The position numbers were made by a program, and so were the translations under genes. Below the pieces are notes generated by a model that did no database searches, was not told the DNA's origin, and saw only the letters and a program-made list of their open reading frames with translations. Shown here in pieces: positions 56,039 through 64,000 of a DNA stretch of 64,000 nt (the first letter of the stretch is position 1; each line of letters begins with the position of its first letter). The stretch comes from a virus (taxonomy: Duplodnaviria; Caudoviricetes), in IMG/VR virus record IMGVR_UViG_3300042318_001133, positions 1 through 64,000 of that record. One strand, 5' to 3'.

Positions 56039-58009
56039 TTAATTTAAGATAAATCCAGTGAAGAATAACTTATTTACCGGTCCATTTGGAATAAATCCGT
56101 AACTGATAAAGATCGCATCTCCTTGCTCTGTTACAATAATGTCTTGGTGTCCTAAGATCAAGTTGTCTGTAGAAACATCTGCAGTACGACGATCTAAATA
56201 AGCACTCAACCAACTTGCAACAACAACAGCAGAAAGTGTATTTCTGTTCGGTCCATTTTCAGCTCCAAGTAATTGTTTTTTTGCATTGATTACAATCTCT
56301 TTATTCAACTGAGCCGCAATACGTTTAATTCCAATGTCGTGAGATGTTCCATCTTCATTGACAAGGAATTCGTTTTGTTGTAGCGTATTGATCGATTGAA
56401 CGATAACGAAGTTCGTTAATTCTGTATCGAAACGAGTAACTAACAATCCAGCCGCCAATGCAATATCAACGTCTTTTGAATTTAACTGATGTCTCTCGCC
56501 GTCAATTTTCAAATGTTTAAATGTACCTGGGATTTGTGGTTCAAGGCCGCAAATACGTCCTAACACACCTGCAGCTTTATAATTTGCAGCATATTTCTTA
56601 AATCCAGTTGGAGATAAAGTCGATGCAACTAAAGGTCCTCCATGAACTACAACTACTCTATCGTTGTCCCAATACTTCGCAGCAGCAATTGATTGTGACG
56701 TGAAAGTATCTGCGTCATCTCCTCCAGCAATTACAAGAAACTTCTCATATCTCGCTTCAGTAACGATGTGAGATAGGATTGTTGCATTGTCTGCACTCAT
56801 TGCAGAAGCACCTCCTTGATCGGATAAAATAAACGTAAAATCTAAATCTGCAATGTTATCTAAAACAGTTTGAAGATGAGTAGAGTTGTACGTTTCTGTA
56901 CCTCCGAAAGCTTTATTGTTTCCTGCATTTGCAGTTAAATCTGCTGTAGTAACAACTCCAGTTCCGGTAGTTGTTGTTGTTTTCACTTTGAAGAATTGAC
57001 CTAAAGTAGCGTTTGCATTTAACCACACAAACAAATCTGCTACATTTGCAAACTCAGGTGATTTTGCCAACAATACTGGAGCAGAATTAACTGCAGAAAC
57101 ACCAGAGTAAGGATCTGAATCTGAATCTAATCCAGTGAAACCTCCTACCCAAAACTTCAATACGAATTTAGCTGTGTCGACAGTTCCTGCCTCCATCGTT
57201 GCTCCAAATCCTTGCGTCAATAAAGTACCATCTACTCCTCCAGCAAATGAAGCTAATCCAGACGTCGTAGACGTTCCTGTGATTGCGACAGTTAATGGCA
57301 TTGTATTCCAATCACTACATCCCTCAAGTGCTTGAGGATTACGAGCTGTAACTGTAACTAAACCTGCAACACTTGATGCTGCATATTTATGTGATTCAGC
57401 ATTGATTGCTGTAGCAAGAGCTGCTGCAACCGTAGTTGGCGTATCTATTCCAGTCACTGTACGAGAACCTAAAGTAATCAATCCAGCACCTTCATTAACC
57501 TTTACTGCAAAAATATCTCCAGTAACAACAGTAGCGACTGTAAAACTTCCTACAGCTTTTGTAGCGTTACCTTCAATACCGTTTCCAACCAAACCTTCAT
57601 CTTTTACTTGAAGAGTGAATGCACCTCCAGCAGATCCTCCTCCAGTAAATGTATAACTTAATTCAGCAGGAACCGTTGCTGCAGCTTTCACCACATAAGC
57701 TCTACTGATTCCGTTGATACCACTACCTGCAGGGCGGAATAGAGGTTCAGCTAATCTCCACCAAAGTCCACCTTTGACGCGACTTCTGAAGTCATTAATA
57801 TTATCAAATGCATAGACTGCATCTTTTGCAGAAGCTAAAGTTCCTGCAATACCAGCACCTGATCCAAAGCCAGCACCTGATCCCGTATCTATGATAAGAA
57901 CATTACCATAAGAAAGAGCCAGTGCAGGATTTTGAATTCCTGATAGTGTTTGCGCATAAGTTCCAGGCTGTTTGATAACTTTACCGCCAAAAATAAACTG
58001 AGTTGACAT
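56039..58009 (-). CDS. Contractile tail sheath protein
   Basis: 656 aa; IKQPGTYA at the N-terminus; AAGVLGRICGLEPQIPGTFK, IVQSINT, IGIKRIAAQL, ISYGFIPNGPVNKLF. Confidence 0.9.
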   Translation of the reverse strand: MSTQFIFGGKVIKQPGTYAQTLSGIQNPALALSYGNVLIIDTGSGAGFGSGAGIAGTLASAKDAVYAFDNINDFRSRVKGGLWWRLAEPLFRPAGSGINGISRAYVVKAAATVPAELSYTFTGGGSAGGAFTLQVKDEGLVGNGIEGNATKAVGSFTVATVVTGDIFAVKVNEGAGLITLGSRTVTGIDTPTTVAAALATAINAESHKYAASSVAGLVTVTARNPQALEGCSDWNTMPLTVAITGTSTTSGLASFAGGVDGTLLTQGFGATMEAGTVDTAKFVLKFWVGGFTGLDSDSDPYSGVSAVNSAPVLLAKSPEFANVADLFVWLNANATLGQFFKVKTTTTTGTGVVTTADLTANAGNNKAFGGTETYNSTHLQTVLDNIADLDFTFILSDQGGASAMSADNATILSHIVTEARYEKFLVIAGGDDADTFTSQSIAAAKYWDNDRVVVVHGGPLVASTLSPTGFKKYAANYKAAGVLGRICGLEPQIPGTFKHLKIDGERHQLNSKDVDIALAAGLLVTRFDTELTNFVIVQSINTLQQNEFLVNEDGTSHDIGIKRIAAQLNKEIVINAKKQLLGAENGPNRNTLSAVVVASWLSAYLDRRTADVSTDNLILGHQDIIVTEQGDAIFISYGFIPNGPVNKLFFTGFILN

Positions 58010-58057
58010 GCTTTATTGGGTTTTTGTGAAAATACGTATTAAAAACAATAGTGTAAA

Positions 58058-58294
58058 TTACACCAAAAATTTTGAGTCCTCCTCAAGCAATCCTTCTTCT
58101 TTAAAAAGTAGTGCCCAAGATTTAATCGTCTCTACTCTCATTCCATACTTTTTTTGTAGGTGTAAATCGTAGCGAGAATTCAATCCAAAAGTCTTGCCCG
58201 CTTGAGCTGCACTTACACTCTTCTCTCTAACTGGAAGAGTATTGATTACGTCATTAGATCCATCTAATGAAGGTTGAGTCATTCTTTTTGCCAT
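58058..58294 (-). CDS. Small hypothetical protein
   Basis: 78 aa upstream of the sheath. Confidence 0.6.
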   Translation of the reverse strand: MAKRMTQPSLDGSNDVINTLPVREKSVSAAQAGKTFGLNSRYDLHLQKKYGMRVETIKSWALLFKEEGLLEEDSKFLV

Positions 58295-58296
58295 AT

Positions 58297-58968
58297 TTAT
58301 ATTTGTGTTGGTGTAACTATTCCCATGTTGATTGAGTTGAATATCTGTTGATCGTAAAAGCTTGGAGCTACTACTTCGTATTGAAATCTTAAACCTAAAG
58401 ATCTTGTGAATAGGTTTTGAGGTACTATCGAAGAGTCGAGCCTTAAATCTTGCCCACTCAATTTCATATTTCGCAGACCTGCGAATTCGAACTGAGCAAG
58501 TAGCCCAATAATCATTCCTCTCAGTACCGTATACATCAATTGCACTTCCAGCGTATTGTCTGAAGTAATTATCAATTGATATTGAGTTTCAAACATTCTT
58601 GTAAATTGCGGACGGAGCTGTCCTTGAATCGAATCGACCAAATTGTCTTCATATCCTTCATCTATTCCAATACCATCTGCACTGGCCATTTCTGAGGGTA
58701 GTGTGATGTGAATTGTAGGTATTGTCATTCTTTCTGAATTGAAGAACATTTCTGTACCCATCTTGCGAGGATGATCATCTTCTCTCAAGAATAAATCTTT
58801 TGCTTGTTGAAACCAATTCCACTTACCCTTAATTACCGGTAGATCACCAAAATACGAATACAGTATAGTTTGTCTTTCGTCGGGATATGACTTAAAGTCT
58901 ACGCGAATTGCCTCCAGAGTACTCTCTATGAGGTTGAATAATACTATTTCCGGTACAAGAATTCCCAT
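58297..58968 (-). CDS. Tail terminator/completion protein
   Basis: 223 aa; PTIHITLPSE, FTRSLGLRFQYE; synteny. Confidence 0.6.
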   Translation of the reverse strand: MGILVPEIVLFNLIESTLEAIRVDFKSYPDERQTILYSYFGDLPVIKGKWNWFQQAKDLFLREDDHPRKMGTEMFFNSERMTIPTIHITLPSEMASADGIGIDEGYEDNLVDSIQGQLRPQFTRMFETQYQLIITSDNTLEVQLMYTVLRGMIIGLLAQFEFAGLRNMKLSGQDLRLDSSIVPQNLFTRSLGLRFQYEVVAPSFYDQQIFNSINMGIVTPTQI

Positions 58969-58970
58969 AA

Positions 58971-59771
58971 TTAAAAACCTAAAGATTGTAAAAATTTATC
59001 AACAGACCTATCTACTTCGACAGGAATATTGGTCATAGCCAATGCTCGCTCTGCAAGATTTCTTGCTTGTAGTCCTTTATTGATCCACGAATTTGCATCT
59101 GAATTACTACTTACACGTCTAAACGTAACATACTGTCCTTGTGTGGCGCTTTGATATGTTTTAGAGCCCTTTCTCAGTCCCTCATAAATACTGTGTTTGT
59201 GTTTATATTCTTCAAACACCTTATCTTGAGCTTGAATCATTGCTCGCGACTTTGGAATTTGATAGTCGGAAGGAATTTCACTTGCAGAAAGACCTCTTCC
59301 TTGTTGTGTAGTTCCTCCTAATGCAGTTTGTTGTGTTTGCTTTGATTTAACCGCTGCATAAACAGTTTGTGGCATAACAGAAGAGAATGCTTCACTTTCA
59401 CCGAGAGATCCTGGCGTTGCCATTCTAAACGGTACAGTCAAGTACCAACCCCCTCCTTTAGAACTTTTCCTCTTTGAACTTTGAGAGAATCCTACTTTCA
59501 TGTCAAATGGAGCTGCTCCAGATTCGATCATGTTGGGTAGTTGATTAACTAACATTACGTAGCCAGTAAATGGCCCCTGCTCTCCTACTACAATGCTGGA
59601 ACGGTAAATTTGTCGAGTGCTTCCGAGAGATTGTTTTGCTACACTATCCCAGTTGCGGGCAAATGTAGCTGTTAAGCTTTTTATAGTTGAGGATACCATT
59701 GCATTGACGTCTTCTCTCGTAAGATTGAACTCCGCAGCAACATCTCTTGTATCTATAAGAACAGGTATCAT
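58971..59771 (-). CDS. Neck/tail completion protein (Twort-like)
   Basis: FDMKVGFSQSSKRK..KGGGWYLTVPFR, YVTFRRVS.NSDANSWI. Confidence 0.7.
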   Translation of the reverse strand: MIPVLIDTRDVAAEFNLTREDVNAMVSSTIKSLTATFARNWDSVAKQSLGSTRQIYRSSIVVGEQGPFTGYVMLVNQLPNMIESGAAPFDMKVGFSQSSKRKSSKGGGWYLTVPFRMATPGSLGESEAFSSVMPQTVYAAVKSKQTQQTALGGTTQQGRGLSASEIPSDYQIPKSRAMIQAQDKVFEEYKHKHSIYEGLRKGSKTYQSATQGQYVTFRRVSSNSDANSWINKGLQARNLAERALAMTNIPVEVDRSVDKFLQSLGF

Positions 59772-60143
59772 CTACTTTTGATTAGATCGCATCTGCTCAA
59801 TTCCTCGCTTTATGTTGCTATTAATTATATGATCAGCTACCTTCGACCTTAACTCTTTCACTCCCAAATCCTCATGGTTTGATATTCCCAATTTAGATGC
59901 CGCCATATGCAACTCTTCCTTGTTCATATCACTATAATGTTTTCCTGCAACCGTTTCTGGCTTTGATGAAGATTTTCCTTCAGTAACTGGAACCCATTTA
60001 CCGTCAGCGACTTTCTTGTAGTCACGACCTCCCCAAGATTTAATGGCACCTACCATCTCTTTTTTCCCCTTCTCAAAGGAACCTAAAATTTGTGAATTTA
60101 CAATCTCACGTCTACGTGCTACTTCTTGTATTACTTCTTTCAT
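59772..60143 (-). CDS. Small putative internal head protein with a Rho_N-like C-terminus
   Basis: FEKG then G.IKSWGGRDYKKVADGKWVPV; YSDMNKEELHMAASKLGI. Confidence 0.55.
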   Translation of the reverse strand: MKEVIQEVARRREIVNSQILGSFEKGKKEMVGAIKSWGGRDYKKVADGKWVPVTEGKSSSKPETVAGKHYSDMNKEELHMAASKLGISNHEDLGVKELRSKVADHIINSNIKRGIEQMRSNQK

Positions 60144-60144
60144 A

Positions 60145-60942
60145 TCAACAAGGATCTAAATAACTATTATCAAATAAATAATCACCAACATAATTCTGTG
60201 CATCCAGTACGTAGTGTGCTCTTCTTGCAACTGCAGAGACTGGCATTTGTTGATCTTCTGGAACTCCAGCATTGTTAAGTATTGGAGCAACCATCGTATC
60301 TCGCGGCAAGTCAATGACGTGATACATTGGAGAATGTATGTAACGTAAAGATACGCAAACATTTGGATATGTATCGTATTTGGACGTTAAAATAATTGCA
60401 TTGTTGCGTATTGAATAATCCTCTCCCTCGATCAGTCTCGTCAATTTACTGTTGGCTGATGCGAACATGAAAATGTCTTCAATTTCAACAATATCGTATG
60501 TCACGTACCCAATATGAACTCCTTTGAATACTTTTAAATATATCGTTTCACTGAAAGCAGATCTTGCATCTATTACAGTCACTCGATCCATGTAACCTAA
60601 CTTATCTACGTCTCGTGCTGTTAGATTTACGGTACCTAAAGTTAATTCTGACCAATCTTTATATTGAGTTGAGAGATTCATTGATCGTAAAATCATTCTA
60701 CTCTCAATTCGATTATAAAATACCCAACCAGAACCTCCACAATTTTGACAGTTAGATAAATGATCAATCGTCTCTACCTTACAAGGACACTTAATTGCCT
60801 TATCGTGATAGACGCGATATCCTTTCATTTCAATAATCGCGTCGAAATTGCTTTTAATGAAATTAACCTGACCCTGTCCTCCTAAATTGGGAATGGTCTG
60901 TCTGACTATATTTTGAGGACCACTTTTACCGTCTGCGCTCAT
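60145..60942 (-). CDS. Head-closure/neck protein (Twort/SPO1-like)
   Basis: KCPC...CQNCGGSGW, LGYMDRVTV, YHVIDLPR. Confidence 0.7.
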   Translation of the reverse strand: MSADGKSGPQNIVRQTIPNLGGQGQVNFIKSNFDAIIEMKGYRVYHDKAIKCPCKVETIDHLSNCQNCGGSGWVFYNRIESRMILRSMNLSTQYKDWSELTLGTVNLTARDVDKLGYMDRVTVIDARSAFSETIYLKVFKGVHIGYVTYDIVEIEDIFMFASANSKLTRLIEGEDYSIRNNAIILTSKYDTYPNVCVSLRYIHSPMYHVIDLPRDTMVAPILNNAGVPEDQQMPVSAVARRAHYVLDAQNYVGDYLFDNSYLDPC

Positions 60943-61436
60943 TATGATTGAATATGTAACATTTCACAAAGACGTTTCTTTAGATTTAAGATAAACGACT
61001 CTGCAGGTTCTTTGACGATGTCATTGTGAGACATCCAAACATATTGATAGTGCTCATCTTCATCCAGTATAATAATTGGATCTTTTTCTGAACAAAAACT
61101 TAAAAAATAATTACATGGCCCAATCTTAGATGTTGCAACAATCATTTCACCCTCAATATCGAGACCAGTCTCTTCCAACATTTCTCGAATGGCAGCAAAT
61201 TTTGGAGTTTCTCCTGGATCAATTTTTCCTCCAGGTAAGCATAATTTGTTCGGCTCGAAAGAGTCTTCTTTTGATCTGCGCAACATTAACACGCCCATGT
61301 GATGCATATAAATCACATCAGCATATTGTTGCTCTTCGACGGCTTTCTCTATAATTGTAGGATTGTAAAAAGACTTTTCAATGTTCGATCCTTTAAATGC
61401 AGAGATACTGATTGTTAAATTACTTGTTTCTTCCAT
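60942..61436 (-). CDS. Nudix hydrolase
   Basis: Nudix box GGKIDPGETPKFAAIREMLEETGL; N-terminal IEKS/IEKA. Confidence 0.9.
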   Translation of the reverse strand: MEETSNLTISISAFKGSNIEKSFYNPTIIEKAVEEQQYADVIYMHHMGVLMLRRSKEDSFEPNKLCLPGGKIDPGETPKFAAIREMLEETGLDIEGEMIVATSKIGPCNYFLSFCSEKDPIIILDEDEHYQYVWMSHNDIVKEPAESFILNLKKRLCEMLHIQS

Positions 61437-61447
61437 TTTAAGAGTAT

Positions 61448-62221
61448 TTACAGAGATGTCATGTTAAATCCATCATATTTTGCTTTTAATCGCGGGATAT
61501 TAGTTTTTAGATCGGTTAAATAACCTACAATCCTTGAACCGTATCCCGAGTTAGTAGCAGAAGATGTTGATGAGATAGATTGAGATAGGCCATCGATACC
61601 AATCGACTGTGAAGCGATACCTGCTCCAAGAATAATATCTCCCATTACGTGAAATAGATTAATGGAAGCCATCTTACCTACAGCGTTTAGAATATCGCTT
61701 GGCGTTTTAGAAAAACCTGTATAGTATGTAGCTTTCCAATAATTAGGAATATGGGCAGCGCCAAAATAGCCCGATACCGGCATCACTCCCGAATATTGTG
61801 CTGCAGTTGCGCCCGAAGGTACTGTATAGAGGTTTCTAAAATACGAAGTATTGTCATTTGTTTTTCTTGCCGAAAGCCACTCTACCGGATAAACAACCTG
61901 CTCTACGTTATTAATGTTTCCAGTTAATGCAATTGCACTGACTACTGGATATGAACAGCGAATAAAGCCCCAATCACTATAATCTTGGCGATTGAAATCA
62001 TGTCTCTCTTCGATAATTTGAGGAGTAAGTTTTAAGTTCAGATACCCCTCTATTTCTTCTTGAGCATATCGGATCCATGACTTTAAGACGTGCTCTGGAA
62101 ATTGTTTTCCGTCAGCAGACTTCAAGGGAATTCCAAAGAAATAAAATTCAATTAATTCAGAGGGACTCATGATAAGTCCCTCGTTTTTTGCAATTCTTAT
62201 TTTAAAACTTTGTGACGGCAT
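61448..62221 (-). CDS. Head-tail adaptor/neck protein
   Basis: LKSWIRYAQEEIEGYLNL, PSDILNAVGKMA, SIGIDGLSQSIS. Confidence 0.7.
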   Translation of the reverse strand: MPSQSFKIRIAKNEGLIMSPSELIEFYFFGIPLKSADGKQFPEHVLKSWIRYAQEEIEGYLNLKLTPQIIEERHDFNRQDYSDWGFIRCSYPVVSAIALTGNINNVEQVVYPVEWLSARKTNDNTSYFRNLYTVPSGATAAQYSGVMPVSGYFGAAHIPNYWKATYYTGFSKTPSDILNAVGKMASINLFHVMGDIILGAGIASQSIGIDGLSQSISSTSSATNSGYGSRIVGYLTDLKTNIPRLKAKYDGFNMTSL

Positions 62222-62231
62222 TTTGTTTTAA

Positions 62232-62720
62232 TTAGATTTTTGTTTTCAAATATGCTACCAAGTCATCTTTTTTCAAAGATTTCCACTCAGACGAAGGCAA
62301 TTCAGCTTCTTTTGCTGTTTCTTTCAATGCAGCTAAAGTTAAATCACTCAAATCTACATCATCAATTGTATCATCTTCAACAGAAGTAGCCTCAACGACC
62401 TCTCCAGTTACGATGTTTACTTTTTCCGGATTCTCTTCAATAGTGCCACCATTTGCCGCATCTAATTCTGCAGTAAACGAATCAACGTGAGAATTATCAA
62501 CCTCTTCAGTCACCTCTTCTTTGATTGTAGCTACTTCAATAATTTCTTTCGGCATACCTTCATAAGATAAAGACGAATCTTGAGCAATTAACGTTTCAAG
62601 ATCTGCCGTATCAACGATAGCCTCTAAATTCTCATCAAACTTTACAATGATCTCTCCAATGATACATGATTGACCACCTCTATGAGACTTGCTTGTCGTA
62701 ATTTTCGTTGTTTCTGACAT
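62232..62720 (-). CDS. Acidic protein with a C-terminal Rho_N/HeH-like module
   Basis: 162 aa after MCP; LSDLTLAALKETAKEAELPSSEWKSLKKDDLVAYLK. Confidence 0.65.
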   Translation of the reverse strand: MSETTKITTSKSHRGGQSCIIGEIIVKFDENLEAIVDTADLETLIAQDSSLSYEGMPKEIIEVATIKEEVTEEVDNSHVDSFTAELDAANGGTIEENPEKVNIVTGEVVEATSVEDDTIDDVDLSDLTLAALKETAKEAELPSSEWKSLKKDDLVAYLKTKI

Positions 62721-62745
62721 AATACAATTTTAAATAAATTTTCGA

Positions 62746-62753
62746 TAAATATA
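62746..62753 (-). promoter_or_regulatory. TATATTTA box (Bacteroidota -7-like)
   Basis: Minus strand GGTATATTTATCGAAAA, the same context as at 32573 and 21561; directly after the MCP terminator. Confidence 0.45.
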
Positions 62754-62758
62754 CCAAT

Positions 62759-62792
62759 AAAAAAAAGGAGTCACAATTAAGTGACCCCTTTT
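62759..62792 (-). terminator. Rho-independent terminator after the major capsid gene
   Basis: Minus strand GGGGTCAC-TTAATT-GTGACTCCTTTTTTTT. Confidence 0.85.
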
Positions 62793-62817
62793 CTTATTTT
62801 CAGATTTCTTATAGCGA

Positions 62818-64000
62818 TTATGCTACAGCAGTTCCGATGTTAATGAAACGAATCATTTTTTTCGGTGCATACAAGATCGGCGTACCGTAAAGTAAACACA
62901 TGAAACGTTTTGAAGGACTCAATACAGCAAGATCCATTTTCATTAATGGTGCCAATTGTTTGAATTCCATAACTTCAGAATCTCCTTGAAGTAACATTGC
63001 TTGCTCAGTACCTGGCAACCATCTGTTTAAATCAAGAACTAAACCTGCAGTTGCTCCGTCATATCCAGCAGCTTTTTCAGCAGCAGATACTTCAAAGATT
63101 GGGTACAATAATGCTGTAGCAGCAGTCTCGTCTTTCTTTGAACGGTAAACTACATATCCAGTTGCAGGGTAAGCACCACCACCATCTGTGAAAGATAATG
63201 TTACTTTGTTTCCTGCAGCAACAGTTACTGCAGCAGCACCAACTTGAGTAGGAGTTGTTTCACCGTAACGGTTTTTCGCTGCAACAGCGTAAACGTAATC
63301 TCCTGCATCAGCAGTAGCGAAACGAGATTTCAATGCACCTGCAGAAGCAGCAGCAAGAGAAACAGAAGCAACAACAGCAGGAGCTTTTGTTGAAGTAGCT
63401 GGATCAGACAAACGACGTGGTCCTGCTTTAGCAGCAAAGATGTCATATTCCAAATCAATTTCACCGAATTGAGATTGGAATTTTTGAACTCTTTGACCCA
63501 TAACTCCATTTGTTAATGCAGCAGTATTTGGTTGGATCAATTTAGAAGCGTGGAACGATTTTACAAAGTTACTCAACACTACTGGAGGAGCTACAAGTAA
63601 ATTACCGTATCCAAAGTTTCTAATAATTGCATTGGCAGCATCTTCGATTTCAGCCTCACCTAAACGACGACCTCTTAAATCGATTACAACTTCAGAATCT
63701 TGGTAAGCATCAAGTGTTGCGAACTCATCGTTTGCAGCATGTTGAGCGTAAAGACCTCTCCACTCTTGAGGAGTAGTTTTGTCATCACCCCAGAATAAAC
63801 CACGGTCAGCTTTTCTTAGGATCCATTGGATACCGTTAGTAACCTCACGTTGGATCATATTTCCAATTTGAGTATTAACTAATTGCATTGGATGTGAAAC
63901 TGCTTTAGTTACACCTAAGAATTTCACCAACTCCGCACGTCTTACATAGATAGAATCTTCTTCTTCTGGTAATTCACCTTCGTTGTTGAAACCACCTCTG
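62818..64000 (-). CDS. Major capsid protein (Herelleviridae-type; 5' end outside the window)
   Basis: Frame stays open to the edge (RGGFNNEGELPEEEDSIYVRRAELVKF); LFWGD, DLRG, QSQFGEIDL, LAPLMKMDLA, LYGTPILYAPKK resemble Twort/K-type capsids. Confidence 0.9.
   Translation of the reverse strand, partial: RGGFNNEGELPEEEDSIYVRRAELVKFLGVTKAVSHPMQLVNTQIGNMIQREVTNGIQWILRKADRGLFWGDDKTTPQEWRGLYAQHAANDEFATLDAYQDSEVVIDLRGRRLGEAEIEDAANAIIRNFGYGNLLVAPPVVLSNFVKSFHASKLIQPNTAALTNGVMGQRVQKFQSQFGEIDLEYDIFAAKAGPRRLSDPATSTKAPAVVASVSLAAASAGALKSRFATADAGDYVYAVAAKNRYGETTPTQVGAAAVTVAAGNKVTLSFTDGGGAYPATGYVVYRSKKDETAATALLYPIFEVSAAEKAAGYDGATAGLVLDLNRWLPGTEQAMLLQGDSEVMEFKQLAPLMKMDLAVLSPSKRFMCLLYGTPILYAPKKMIRFINIGTAVA

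Noticed and set aside
28-61354. Plus-strand ORFs in the six-frame track (e.g. 3116-3439, 11575-11934, 41554-41898, 54016-54420)
   Set aside because: All lie antisense to long, motif-bearing minus-strand genes and have no recognisable motifs; treated as shadow ORFs
1-64000. Stop-codon reassignment (alternative genetic code)
   Set aside because: Core genes are full length in code 11, coding density is high, and TAG serves as a normal stop (e.g. 12849, 17999, 19377)
1-64000. tRNA genes, CRISPR arrays, integrase or transposase
   Set aside because: Intergenic gaps are short; no cloverleaf, regularly spaced direct repeats or recombinase motifs were seen

Overview
This 64-kb window is part of a large, AT-rich, contractile-tailed dsDNA phage genome. 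All credible genes lie on the minus strand and are tightly packed, often with overlapping stop/start codons. In transcription order (right to left) the modules are: (1) SPO1/Twort (Herelleviridae)-like morphogenesis genes, namely a major capsid protein truncated by the window edge, neck/adaptor proteins with an embedded Nudix hydrolase, sheath, tube, chaperones, tape measure, hub, spike, a YkuD-fold putative lysin, baseplate wedge proteins, a 1678-aa repeat-built fibre, a beta-propeller and a collar-type fibre; (2) a DnaQ exonuclease, large terminase, DnaB-like helicase, dUTPase and primase; (3) a 7-deazaguanine DNA-modification locus with QueD, QueE, FolE, HPRT and a second dUTPase-fold enzyme, then a separate operon of a small membrane protein, an HDAC-fold amidohydrolase, a QueD-like (DpdL-like) protein, an NMP-kinase-like protein and a TGT/DpdA-like transglycosylase, with no QueC or QueF in the window; (4) two HTH proteins, DnaE, an SSB, SbcD, RecA, SbcC, RuvC, DUF932, a UvrD-like helicase and class II ribonucleotide reductase. 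A Bacteroidota host is inferred from the lack of Shine-Dalgarno motifs, A-rich start regions and TAnnTTTA boxes resembling the Bacteroidota -7 element. The most interesting signal is the deazaguanine locus with unexplained extra enzymes (HDAC-fold hydrolase, phosphoribosyltransferase, kinase, second dUTPase fold), which may point to an undescribed guanine modification or a nucleotide-level route. A recurring palindrome, A(G/A)ATATAC-N3-GTATATCT, defines a candidate regulon. All family assignments come from motifs recognised by eye; no database searches were run.
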